A stretch of DNA of 64,000 nucleotides, from positions 26,390 to 90,389 of the forward strand of contig JAIBAI010000003.1 in the NCBI GenBank assembly GCA_019695235.1, given 5' to 3'. A program made the translations under genes and the position numbers. Source of the stretch: Bacteroidia bacterium. GTDB taxonomy: Bacteria; Bacteroidota; Bacteroidia; M30B66. The notes beneath the pieces were generated by a model. It was not told where the DNA came from. It saw nothing but the letters and a program-made list of their open reading frames with translations, and did no database searches. Below are positions 53,543-62,341 of this stretch, in pieces; positions within the stretch are counted from its first letter, which is position 1; the number at the start of each line of letters is the position of its first letter.

Positions 53543-54787
53543 TTAAAGACGCGTTTGTCCTTTACCAAAGACAAACCATTTTTCTGTCACTAATTTTTCA
53601 AGGGCAAAAGGGCCTCTTGCATGTAGTTTCTGGGTAGAAATACCTATTTCTGCACCTAAGCCGAAACAGCCTCCATCGGTAAAGCGGGTAGATGCATTCG
53701 TATAAACGGCAGCTGCATCTACTTCTTCCATAAATCGGGTAGCTTCGCTAAGGTCTTCGCTGATGATAGCTTCTGAATGTTTTGAAGAGAATTTCCGGAT
53801 ATGTAAAAGTGCTTCGTCAATGTTTTGCACCACTTTTACTGAGCAGGCAAGAGACAAAAATTCCCTGCCGAAATCTTCGGGCTGCGCATGGTGCAGATAA
53901 GGGTAGTTTTCATTTGTCAGCACAGCGAATGCTGCATCATCTGCAAAAATTTCTACCTTGTATTTCAGAAACCCGGGCAAAATTTCTGAAAGAAACTGGG
54001 TAGCAACCGGTTGCTGTACCAGAATGGTATCCAGAGCATTGCAGACCGATGGCCGCGACACTTTGGCATTGACCACTACGTCGCCCGCTTTTTTCAGGTC
54101 GGCATGGGCGCTTACATAGGTATGGCATACACCAGCACCTGTTTCGATAACAGGTACCCTTGAATGTTGGCGGACATAATCAATCAGTTCCTGCGAACCC
54201 CTTGGAATAATCATATCAACCCATTGATCTGCTTCGAGTAGCATTTTCACCTGTTCGCGCCCGCCGGTCAGCAGCGTTACCGTATCTTCCGGAAGGCCAT
54301 TCATTGCAAGCGCCTCTTTGATGAGTTTAACCAGCACCACGTTGGATGCCATGGCCTCCGAACCACCACGTAAAACAACAGCGTTGCCTGACATCAGGCA
54401 CAAAGCGGCAACATCAACAGTAACATTTGGCCTTGATTCATATATCACCCCAATTACCCCTATCGGCACACTGCGCTTTTCGATATGCAAGCCGTTTTCC
54501 ATGTCAGTACTCGAAAGCAATTGTCCGGCAGGGTCGGGTAATCCGGCAACAGCAAGGGTGCTGCTCACCAAATCACTAAGGCGCTGCCGGTTGAGCATTA
54601 GCCGGTCTTTACGTGGATTGTCATCGGCCATCCGGGCCAGGTCATAATGGTTTTCGCGGATGATTTCTTCCACATTTACCTCAACGAGCTTGGCCAAATC
54701 ATGCAGCAGTTTTCTTTTGGTGTCGGTACTTGCTTTTTTGATTTGCAGAGATGCTAATTGGGTTGATTCAAGTTGCGCAGTGATCAT
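53543..54787 (-). CDS. proA: Glutamate-5-semialdehyde dehydrogenase (gamma-glutamyl phosphate reductase)
   Basis: GVIGVIYESRPNVTVD, NAVVLRGGSEA, CNALDTILV (catalytic Cys) and YTNASTRFTDG. The ATG at 54787 (MITAQLE) is preferred since it lies 13 nt after the proB stop. Confidence 0.9.
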   Translation of the reverse strand: MITAQLESTQLASLQIKKASTDTKRKLLHDLAKLVEVNVEEIIRENHYDLARMADDNPRKDRLMLNRQRLSDLVSSTLAVAGLPDPAGQLLSSTDMENGLHIEKRSVPIGVIGVIYESRPNVTVDVAALCLMSGNAVVLRGGSEAMASNVVLVKLIKEALAMNGLPEDTVTLLTGGREQVKMLLEADQWVDMIIPRGSQELIDYVRQHSRVPVIETGAGVCHTYVSAHADLKKAGDVVVNAKVSRPSVCNALDTILVQQPVATQFLSEILPGFLKYKVEIFADDAAFAVLTNENYPYLHHAQPEDFGREFLSLACSVKVVQNIDEALLHIRKFSSKHSEAIISEDLSEATRFMEEVDAAAVYTNASTRFTDGGCFGLGAEIGISTQKLHARGPFALEKLVTEKWFVFGKGQTRL

Positions 54788-54800
54788 AGAATACAAATGC

Positions 54801-55835
54801 TTATAATAATACCAATTCATCGGCGTGACACACTTCCATACCTTTTTTCTCCGACATCCGTGCCAGTTCATCAGATGAATATCTTGCCCTGCCTACGGCA
54901 AGAACGGCTCCGTTTTGTTTGCGTATTTCAACAATTTCACCTTTTTGAAAATTACCTTCAGTGAGGGAAATGCCAACCGCAAGAAGGCTTTTGCGGCTCA
55001 ATAGGGCAGCAGCGGCACCAGCGTCTATATATAGTATTCCTGAGACCAGGCTGCCACTGGCCAACCATTTCTGGCGCAAACTTGCTGAGCTTTTTCCGGC
55101 AGTAAATGTGGTGCCGGTCTCTCCTTTGAAAGCCTTTAAAATACCATGAGGAGTATTCAAATCAAACACTACTACCCTGATTCCCATGCGGGTAGCCAGT
55201 CGGGCAAAGGTTAGTTTTGACACCATTCCACCCAGACCAACATTTGATTTTTCAGGTCTGACAAGGGTCATAATGTCGTCGTTGATAGCTTCAACGCGCG
55301 GTATAATTTGTTCCTGATGGTCTTTTAAGCCTCCGGCAGATGAAGCCATGAGCATACATTCTGCATCAAATCCGGCAGCGAGCAGTGTTGCCAGCTCATC
55401 GTTGTCGGAGAATTTAAGTTCGAGATTGCTTACCACATCGTTTTCATTGGCAATCGGAATAATTCCGTTTTTCCATAATTCGCTTAAAGTGTTGCGCAAT
55501 TGCAAAAAACTGCTGCGTTGAGAAAAATGCTGTCGTTCACACAGGGTTTGGGCGATTGCGATACCATGTGGGGCAAATGCGGTGCGGTAAAGGGAGATAA
55601 GAATAGGGTTGCCTATGGCGGCGGCGGCCTTTTTCTCTGTGATACTGCCCGACCATTGCTGCATGAATGATTTTCCTGTGGCAACTGCTCCAGAGGATAC
55701 CAAGAGGATATTGTAATGTGGATGAAGTTCGGCTAACTGAGAAGCTATGGCCTGAATAGCGCTTTCATTCACCTGACCGGCACTGGTAGTAATAGCGGCA
55801 GAACCTATTTTTAAAATCAGTACTGGCTTATTCAT
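54801..55835 (-). CDS. proB: Glutamate 5-kinase with a C-terminal PUA domain
   Basis: LILKIGSAAIT, LVSSGAVATG, FSDNDELA and GGMVSKL. The C-terminal GEIVEIRKQNGAVLAVGRARYSSDEL is the PUA domain. Confidence 0.9.
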   Translation of the reverse strand: MNKPVLILKIGSAAITTSAGQVNESAIQAIASQLAELHPHYNILLVSSGAVATGKSFMQQWSGSITEKKAAAAIGNPILISLYRTAFAPHGIAIAQTLCERQHFSQRSSFLQLRNTLSELWKNGIIPIANENDVVSNLELKFSDNDELATLLAAGFDAECMLMASSAGGLKDHQEQIIPRVEAINDDIMTLVRPEKSNVGLGGMVSKLTFARLATRMGIRVVVFDLNTPHGILKAFKGETGTTFTAGKSSASLRQKWLASGSLVSGILYIDAGAAAALLSRKSLLAVGISLTEGNFQKGEIVEIRKQNGAVLAVGRARYSSDELARMSEKKGMEVCHADELVLL

Positions 55836-55843
55836 GTGTAAAA

Positions 55844-57691
55844 TTAATGGGTGTTTTTGGGTTCAAATACCGTTATCCGGAGATTGTCAATGTCAATAAG
55901 CACTTTTGAGCGGTTCCAGAAATAGGTTTTCAGTTCATCTTTCGGGCTTCTTATTTCCGGACTCAAATATTCAAACCTGTAATGTTTCCATTGGCTGGCA
56001 AGGCTGTCGGGCCGGATGTCATAGGCTCTATATCCGTATGCGCCTTCTTTGCGTTCAAAGGTACTTACCAGACATGGGGGAGTTTCGGGGGCAGATTCAG
56101 GGTAACGGGCATCAAATTCAATGCGTATCCACACATGATCCTTGCTGCTTAAGTCGCCATACTGGCGCGTGTTTCCAAGTGAAAATTCTTCGTTATCACG
56201 AATGCGGTAATAGCTTCTTCCATCAGGGTCACGCACAATATTGCTGATGGTATCATGGTCGAAATCACGAAAGGCCCATTCAGCCTGCCGGTATTCTTCC
56301 GGATTACTGAATTGATTCTGACCACTGAAGTCGCGATTTAACAGCAATAATTTTTCTGCACCTGCTGGTACACTTGTTTTAAGAAAAACAGCTTTGTAAT
56401 AAGCAGAAGTAGTACGGTATGGGTCAAGGATATTTGTACGGAACTGAAAATACTCGAACAGGTTAAATACGGTCAGTACGAATAATAATGACAATATTGC
56501 GCTACGGATTAGTGCACCTTTCTCAAACCATGCCTTTAGGAGATAGCCCAAAGCGAGGCCAAGAAATGGATAGGTAATGATAAGAGGGCGGATAGAGAAA
56601 CTGGCCCCGTACCACCACTCTGTCCAGCTTGAAACAACATAAAATGTAAGCAAAAAATACAAGAATGTTGGAATAAATAATTTACGATTTTGTTTCCAGA
56701 GGTAGTACCAACCGAGTAGCGCCAGCACCATCAGGGGTGTGTACACCAGCCAGCCTTTTCGCAGACTAAAAAGAATCTGAGGAATATGAGGATTCAGGAA
56801 ATCCAAACCAACGCCGGGGTTTTTGTAGCTATCGTACACCAGATGACCTGTGCGGAAGTACCAATATGAAAGTTGAGGTAAGAGCAGCATCACCCCTACC
56901 AGGCATGCAATGGCAAGGTGCAGCCAGTGTTGCCTAAACAGTACCAGGCGATTTTTAAAGCCATCAAAATTCCATAGCAGCGGAATCAGCAGGATAAATA
57001 CCTCGCTGGGTTTTACCAATACCATCAGGGCTGCACAGATAGCCATGCCTGCCATGTAGCGAATACGTGGTTTTTCATACCAATTAATCGTCAGCCAGGT
57101 AATGATGCAGGCCAGGGTGAACAGGAAGTTCACGGTTTCAAGGTTTTTCAGGCTCAGGTGATGTACCGCATTGGTTCCCAGGTAAATAGAGAGTAATACG
57201 ATGGCGCTTATGTGGTCAGGCAGGTAGCGGAGCAATATTTTCCGGAAGAAAATCATACCAATCAGGGTGTACACCAAGCCTCCGGCTATTAAGGCAATCT
57301 GATACGGTAAACTAAAGCCATCTGCCGGGAAGCCCAATGAAGAGGCCAGGAAATGAGCAAGCAGGAAAAATGGCAAGTACAACCAGGCCATGCCCATCAG
57401 GAAGAAATAAATCGGCTCACCCTTATCGTTGGTTGAAATTTGGTACAGCGTACCACTGAGGTTTTTTTCTTTATTTATCTGTTCGAGCCATGCCGGGTTA
57501 TTCAGTCCGGGGTCGTCATATATAATGCCCGCAGGCAGGTAGAGGTAATAGCCTAAAACATCCCATGAAATTTCACGCTCATCAATGTTATTCACCCTGA
57601 AAGCAAACAGGGCTGCAAATAACAACAGCACCGAAAGCGCAGAATATTTTCCTTTGTGGTATGCTTGCTGAATGAGGGTAAAAATGTTCAC
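55844..57691 (-). CDS. Polytopic membrane glycosyltransferase, GT-C fold (ArnT/PMT-like), with a soluble C-terminal domain
   Basis: About 12 predicted TM segments with an early extracytoplasmic loop (DEREISWDVLGYYLYLP) and a roughly 170-aa hydrophilic C-terminus. The GTG at 57691 overlaps the upstream TGA (GTGA). The family call rests on architecture only. Confidence 0.6.
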   Translation of the reverse strand: MNIFTLIQQAYHKGKYSALSVLLLFAALFAFRVNNIDEREISWDVLGYYLYLPAGIIYDDPGLNNPAWLEQINKEKNLSGTLYQISTNDKGEPIYFFLMGMAWLYLPFFLLAHFLASSLGFPADGFSLPYQIALIAGGLVYTLIGMIFFRKILLRYLPDHISAIVLLSIYLGTNAVHHLSLKNLETVNFLFTLACIITWLTINWYEKPRIRYMAGMAICAALMVLVKPSEVFILLIPLLWNFDGFKNRLVLFRQHWLHLAIACLVGVMLLLPQLSYWYFRTGHLVYDSYKNPGVGLDFLNPHIPQILFSLRKGWLVYTPLMVLALLGWYYLWKQNRKLFIPTFLYFLLTFYVVSSWTEWWYGASFSIRPLIITYPFLGLALGYLLKAWFEKGALIRSAILSLLFVLTVFNLFEYFQFRTNILDPYRTTSAYYKAVFLKTSVPAGAEKLLLLNRDFSGQNQFSNPEEYRQAEWAFRDFDHDTISNIVRDPDGRSYYRIRDNEEFSLGNTRQYGDLSSKDHVWIRIEFDARYPESAPETPPCLVSTFERKEGAYGYRAYDIRPDSLASQWKHYRFEYLSPEIRSPKDELKTYFWNRSKVLIDIDNLRITVFEPKNTH

Positions 57692-58035
57692 AGACTTAGT
57701 TCTTTTGAAGGGTCCCAAAAATATTTTTCAAAGCCCACAATTTGATCATCCATAACCTTTATACCTTCATTTTCAAGGGCTGTTTGCATTGCGTCGGGCG
57801 AGGGGAAATGAAATTTACCACTTAACATTCCCATGCGATTTACCACACGATGTGCCGGAACATACTCTTTGTGTGTAAACGAGCCATTAAGTGCCCAGCC
57901 GACGGTACGTGCAGCGCTTCCTATACCGAGATATCGTGCTATAGCACCGTAACTTGTGACCCTTCCGGAAGGAATCAGACGTACCACCTGGTAAACCCTT
58001 TCAAAAAAATCGGCTTGCTCTCGTTTGTCATTCAT
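57688..58035 (-). CDS. MGMT-family DNA-binding protein lacking the acceptor cysteine (alkyltransferase-like, ATL)
   Basis: VYQVVRLIPSGRVTSYGAIARYLG and VGWAL are present. VPAHRVVN occupies the position of the PCHRV active-site motif, with Ala replacing Cys. Confidence 0.8.
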   Translation of the reverse strand: MNDKREQADFFERVYQVVRLIPSGRVTSYGAIARYLGIGSAARTVGWALNGSFTHKEYVPAHRVVNRMGMLSGKFHFPSPDAMQTALENEGIKVMDDQIVGFEKYFWDPSKELSL

Positions 58036-58038
58036 TTG

Positions 58039-58701
58039 TCAGGGTATAAAGCTAACAAAACGAATTGGAAAGCCTTTCTCTCTGAATTTTTGCTCGTAAT
58101 AGGTGCGGATCTGCAAAAGTTCCTCTCCCGGGTAATCGCGGTCAATATCTTCGCTGTGTCTGACGAGCTGATACTGATTATCACGAATAGTTTCAAGGGT
58201 AAAATCGTAATTAAAAGTACTGTCAGTCTTCAGTTGAATCTGCCCACCAGGCCGTAGTACCTTTTGGTAGATACTTACCATTTCGGCAGATGTAAGGCGT
58301 TTGCGGGCATTTCCTTTTTTGGGCTTTGGGTCAGGAAAAGTAACCCAGATACCATAGATTTCGCCTGGTGCAAAGAAATTTCCGATCCGGTCAACCTGGC
58401 TTCTGATGAAGCCAACATTAGAGAGATTGTCCTCAAGGGCTTTTTTTGCCCCTGTCCAAATGCGATTTCCCTTAATATCCAGTCCGATATAGTTGAATTC
58501 AGGATGGTTTCTTGCCAATGCCACTGAATATTCTCCCTTACCGCAGCCTAATTCAAGTACAATCGGGTGATTATTTTTAAAAAAATCGCGGCCCCAGTTG
58601 CCTTTGAGTGGGTAGTCGAAATTCTCTTTACCGAAGGGTTGCTGAATTACATTCGTGAAAGTAGCGAGTTCGGCAAATTGCTGAAGTTTACGTTTGGCCA
58701 T
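58039..58701 (-). CDS. trmB: tRNA (guanine46-N7)-methyltransferase
   Basis: VLELGCGKGEY is the SAM motif I. Also FPDPKPKK (variant of FPDPW.K.RH), RLTSAEMVSIYQKVLRPGG and TDS....Y. Confidence 0.88.
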   Translation of the reverse strand: MAKRKLQQFAELATFTNVIQQPFGKENFDYPLKGNWGRDFFKNNHPIVLELGCGKGEYSVALARNHPEFNYIGLDIKGNRIWTGAKKALEDNLSNVGFIRSQVDRIGNFFAPGEIYGIWVTFPDPKPKKGNARKRLTSAEMVSIYQKVLRPGGQIQLKTDSTFNYDFTLETIRDNQYQLVRHSEDIDRDYPGEELLQIRTYYEQKFREKGFPIRFVSFIP

Positions 58702-58704
58702 GGG

Positions 58705-59409
58705 TTAAATATCTTTTTTCAAAGGCCTGATTACAAGTTCCTCCAGCCAGGTATCAGCAGGAAGGGAAATTGCCAGCTTAACAGCACCTGCTAATTCATT
58801 AGGGTCAAGAATAGCTGCTCTTATTTCATCCGGTTCGTCGTTCCAGCTGTTGGTATTTACAGAGCCGGGATGAATACGGCATACCCTGATGTCTGATTCG
58901 CGCAGTTCATCGGCCAATAGGTGCATCCAGTTGTCGAGCATTTGCTTTGAAAGGCTGTATGCCGCCGCAGTTGTTCTTGGTTGCTTGCTAACCACTGAAC
59001 CGATGCTGACAATAGTGCCGCTTTTGCGGGCCTTCATCTGAGCTATCCAGGGCTGGGTAATACGAAAAGCTGCCATGAAATTAATTGCAAATTGTTCCTG
59101 AATCAGATTTTCATCCAATGTAGAAGGAAGCCCCTCTGTGTAAACGCCGGCATTATTGATGATAATATCAGGTGTACCTTTTTGCACATGGAGGGTCTGA
59201 TAAAAGATATTTAAGTCTTCTATATTAAGCAGGTTACCTTTCAACAAAAGGTGATCCCGGTGCGTCCCAACCTGATGAAGCTCGCTGCGCAGTTTTTCAA
59301 GTCTGCCGGTATCCCGTGACAAGGTGGCGATTGAATAGCCTTCTTTGGCAAGCATCAGGGCAATAGCTTTGCCAATTCCGCTGGATGCTCCCGTAACAAT
59401 TGCGTACAT
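58705..59409 (-). CDS. SDR-family oxidoreductase (classical short-chain)
   Basis: MYAIVTGASSGIGKAIA, NNAGV, and S...YSLSK as the catalytic YxxxK. Confidence 0.8.
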   Translation of the reverse strand: MYAIVTGASSGIGKAIALMLAKEGYSIATLSRDTGRLEKLRSELHQVGTHRDHLLLKGNLLNIEDLNIFYQTLHVQKGTPDIIINNAGVYTEGLPSTLDENLIQEQFAINFMAAFRITQPWIAQMKARKSGTIVSIGSVVSKQPRTTAAAYSLSKQMLDNWMHLLADELRESDIRVCRIHPGSVNTNSWNDEPDEIRAAILDPNELAGAVKLAISLPADTWLEELVIRPLKKDI

Positions 59410-59559
59410 GGGGCAAAAATACTAACGAATGCGCTTCTCTGTCATATTAAAAGACAATTGTATTTCTGGAGTTGAGACGCAATTCATTGGTAGGTATGCA
59501 GGCGGTATAGTACAGATGCTATTTTCTGAAAGCGCGCATGTTTTCATTTATCTTGCGGC

Positions 59560-60663
59560 ATGGCAGCAAAGCGCATACTACTTGCCCCGCTCGACTGGGG
59601 TTACGGGCATGCTACCCGCTGTATCCCAATTGCACGTGAGCTGATTACCCAGGGTGCTGAAGTTTTGATTGGTGGCACCGCCGAATCACGTAAGCGTATT
59701 TTGCTGGCAGTGCCAGGATTAGAAGAGGTAGAACTGCCCGGCTACGATATCAGTTACAGCAAAACAATACCCGCCTGGCTGAAAACCGGATTGAGTATCC
59801 GGCGTATCTTCAGGGCAATTGCTGAAGAAAAAAAAGCATTACAGCAGCTTATACGTTCAAGGGCTATACATGGAGTAATTTCAGATAACCGTTATGGGCT
59901 TTATCATGAGGCGGTAAAAAGCATCATTATCACCCATCAGTTACATCCGGTATTTCCACGGGGACTTAGAACGACAGGGCAAATAATGAACCATCGCCTG
60001 CATAGGCAACTAAGCAGGTTCTCTCAGGTCTGGATTCCGGATGAAGCCCCAGAGACAGGTATTTTGCCCATCGGAAATTTGAGTGGCGGGCTCTCGTATC
60101 CCTTACCGAAAGGATTAAACGTAGAATACACCGGGCTACTAAGCCGATTTGAGCCAATAAACCGGTTGGATTCAGTTACTCAGGATTTTGATTTGGTGGT
60201 GGTAGCATCGGGGCCATCGCCACAGCGGGAGGAGTTTATCCGGCTGTCAAATCATTTTGTGCAGAACAACAAGCTTAAGGCAGCCTGGTTATTGCCAGAC
60301 ACAAAAGGTATAGCGTATATTTCAGCAGGTAATGGCAATATTTTTGTGGCCCCGGATGACAATAAGTTTTTGGAGGTACTTTCATGGTCGGCGTCTATCC
60401 TGTGCCGTTCAGGTTATTCATCTTTGAGTGACTGGCTTGTATTAAAGCGGGGGGCTATTTTGGTACCAACGCCCGGACAAACCGAACAGGAATATCTTGC
60501 ACAAAGGCTTTCAGTAGTTCCGGGATTTAAAGTCATCAGGCAAGGGGCATTGTCGGCAAGTACCTGGCAAATGGAAGGAACGACCCCTGAAGGAGAAAAC
60601 GCAAGTTCGACCTATACAAATGAGCGTTTGGCGCAACTTATCGCTGCATTTTTAATTAAATAA
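59560..60663 (+). CDS. GT-B glycosyltransferase (GT1/GT28-like, MurG-type N-terminal domain)
   Basis: ILLAPLDWGYGHATRCIPIAREL is a G-rich loop with His as in MGT/GT28 N-domains. The C-terminal SGYSSLSDWLVLKRGAILVPTPGQTEQEYLA resembles the donor-binding E..Q region. Confidence 0.65.
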   Translation: MAAKRILLAPLDWGYGHATRCIPIARELITQGAEVLIGGTAESRKRILLAVPGLEEVELPGYDISYSKTIPAWLKTGLSIRRIFRAIAEEKKALQQLIRSRAIHGVISDNRYGLYHEAVKSIIITHQLHPVFPRGLRTTGQIMNHRLHRQLSRFSQVWIPDEAPETGILPIGNLSGGLSYPLPKGLNVEYTGLLSRFEPINRLDSVTQDFDLVVVASGPSPQREEFIRLSNHFVQNNKLKAAWLLPDTKGIAYISAGNGNIFVAPDDNKFLEVLSWSASILCRSGYSSLSDWLVLKRGAILVPTPGQTEQEYLAQRLSVVPGFKVIRQGALSASTWQMEGTTPEGENASSTYTNERLAQLIAAFLIK

Positions 60664-60699
60664 TCGTCAGCAATTGCTTCCGGCGAAACAAAAATGATG

Positions 60700-62163
60700 C
60701 TAAAACCTGCGAATAATGAAATCGGGCATATTAACCGTTGGGATACTGTCGGTGTTTACGGCTTCCTCAGGCGATACATCACCTCTTACCATTGTATAAC
60801 CGGCGGCGGAGGCAATCCAATGGTAGAACGGAAATGAACCAAGCAACTCAAAACGGCCATCTTGCTGAGTAACAGTATGGTATGAGTGCGACCAAAATTC
60901 ATTCCATGCCAATACCACTGCACCTTCTATACCGCGGCCCTTTTCATCTGTTACCTTGCCGCTTAGCCTGAATGCAGTAGACGACGAGTAGTTGGCATAA
61001 TTAGGCAAGCGCAGGCAGGTGTCGGCAGGCCATTGCTGAAATGCCTTTTTAAATTCATGCGCAACAGGCTTCAGGCTGCCGGAGATAGTATCACCCTTAG
61101 AGTTAATGGTATAGCCGGTTCTGTTGAGAAAGCCCATGTAGCTGGCATGGTATTTTTGCCAGTTCACATCTTTATACTGCCACCAGGAGTAGCCTGAGGC
61201 GCCGCAGGCGAGTGCTTGCCGGATAGTTTTTTCGGCAAAGGCAGCCTGGTCGGTATAAGGAACAGAGTCATTGTCGGAAGGAATAGAAGTTTCACCGACA
61301 ATCCACGCCTTATTTGTGTGTTTACTGTACCAATATAGCTCATTGCGCACCTGTTCGGGTTCATATTCATAAGGGTGGTACGAGATAAAATCAACATCCA
61401 AAATGTTCGGATCCCAGCGAAAAACCTCGCGAATACCAACCAGGCCAATCGTTACCAGTTTATGTGGTGCATAAGTCCGGATGATTTTACGCCAGTGTTT
61501 CACGATAGGATAAATCTCCTCCTTGGTTTTCTCCGGCTGGTCAAAATAAAGCGGTTCATTATAAATATCAATGGCCATCAATGCCGGATGGTCCTTAAAG
61601 CGTTTGCAGAACTGCCGGAGTAAATTGCTTGTTGAGGTAAACTGCGGGCGTAAACGAATAAGATAAACCACCTGCAGACCGGCTTCTGAGGCCGTGTTGA
61701 ACAAGTCGTCTAATGCGTTGAAATAGATGTTCAGTGCTGAATCAGAACGCAAGTCAAATGATATGCCTTCTCCATCCAGGCTCCGTGTAAACACCTCCAG
61801 GTGGCCATCACCCTTTTCGTCAATAGAAGGCTCACCAATGCCTACAAAACGGATGGCGTTGAAACCTAAATCACGAATAAGTGTAAATTCAGCAAGCAAT
61901 TGACGGTGTGCATCGTTACGGTTACGAGTTTCGTGCTGGTTTTCGTGATAATCAAATGCCGACAAGGGCCACATTGTTTGGCCATCGAACTGTGTAGAAG
62001 CCATATAGTTGACTGCCAGTGGGAAAAATGGCTTTCCGTCAAGGTAAAACTGCCGGTTTTCAAGTTGAACGCTCCGTTTTATGCCGGGGCGCATTGTAAT
62101 ATAGAAAACCCCCACCGACCCTGCCAGCAACAGTAATACCAGAAATAAATTAAACGGCTTCAT
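60700..62163 (-). CDS. Membrane-anchored clan GH-A (GH5-like) glycoside hydrolase with a C-terminal CarboxypepD_reg-like domain
   Basis: Signal anchor MKPFNLFLVLLLLAGSVGVFYI. IDIYNEP supplies the acid/base Glu and WIVGETS the nucleophile Glu, at typical GH5 spacing. The C-terminus has GKVTDEKGRGIEGAVVLA. An alternative ATG exists at 62190. Confidence 0.65.
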   Translation of the reverse strand: MKPFNLFLVLLLLAGSVGVFYITMRPGIKRSVQLENRQFYLDGKPFFPLAVNYMASTQFDGQTMWPLSAFDYHENQHETRNRNDAHRQLLAEFTLIRDLGFNAIRFVGIGEPSIDEKGDGHLEVFTRSLDGEGISFDLRSDSALNIYFNALDDLFNTASEAGLQVVYLIRLRPQFTSTSNLLRQFCKRFKDHPALMAIDIYNEPLYFDQPEKTKEEIYPIVKHWRKIIRTYAPHKLVTIGLVGIREVFRWDPNILDVDFISYHPYEYEPEQVRNELYWYSKHTNKAWIVGETSIPSDNDSVPYTDQAAFAEKTIRQALACGASGYSWWQYKDVNWQKYHASYMGFLNRTGYTINSKGDTISGSLKPVAHEFKKAFQQWPADTCLRLPNYANYSSSTAFRLSGKVTDEKGRGIEGAVVLAWNEFWSHSYHTVTQQDGRFELLGSFPFYHWIASAAGYTMVRGDVSPEEAVNTDSIPTVNMPDFIIRRF

Positions 62164-62282
62164 TGTTGAATGTGGGCGTGTACCTTCCATGGGGAGGCAA
62201 TATTAGCAAAATTATACACCAACCTGTTTTGGCCGGATATGAGTGCTGATTTCTACAACAAATTCAAAACCAGAATTTTTTG

Positions 62283-62290
62283 TATTTTTG
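62283..62290 (+). promoter_or_regulatory. Candidate -7 promoter box (TATTTTTG) upstream of the aromatic amino acid hydroxylase gene
   Basis: Exact TAnnTTTG match 52 nt before the ATG at 62342. I saw no convincing -33 TTG, so this rests on the motif alone. Confidence 0.25.
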
Positions 62291-62341
62291 TTAAATTCCG
62301 GAAATGAGATGTATTTATAGTATTTCGGACAATAGAATTGA

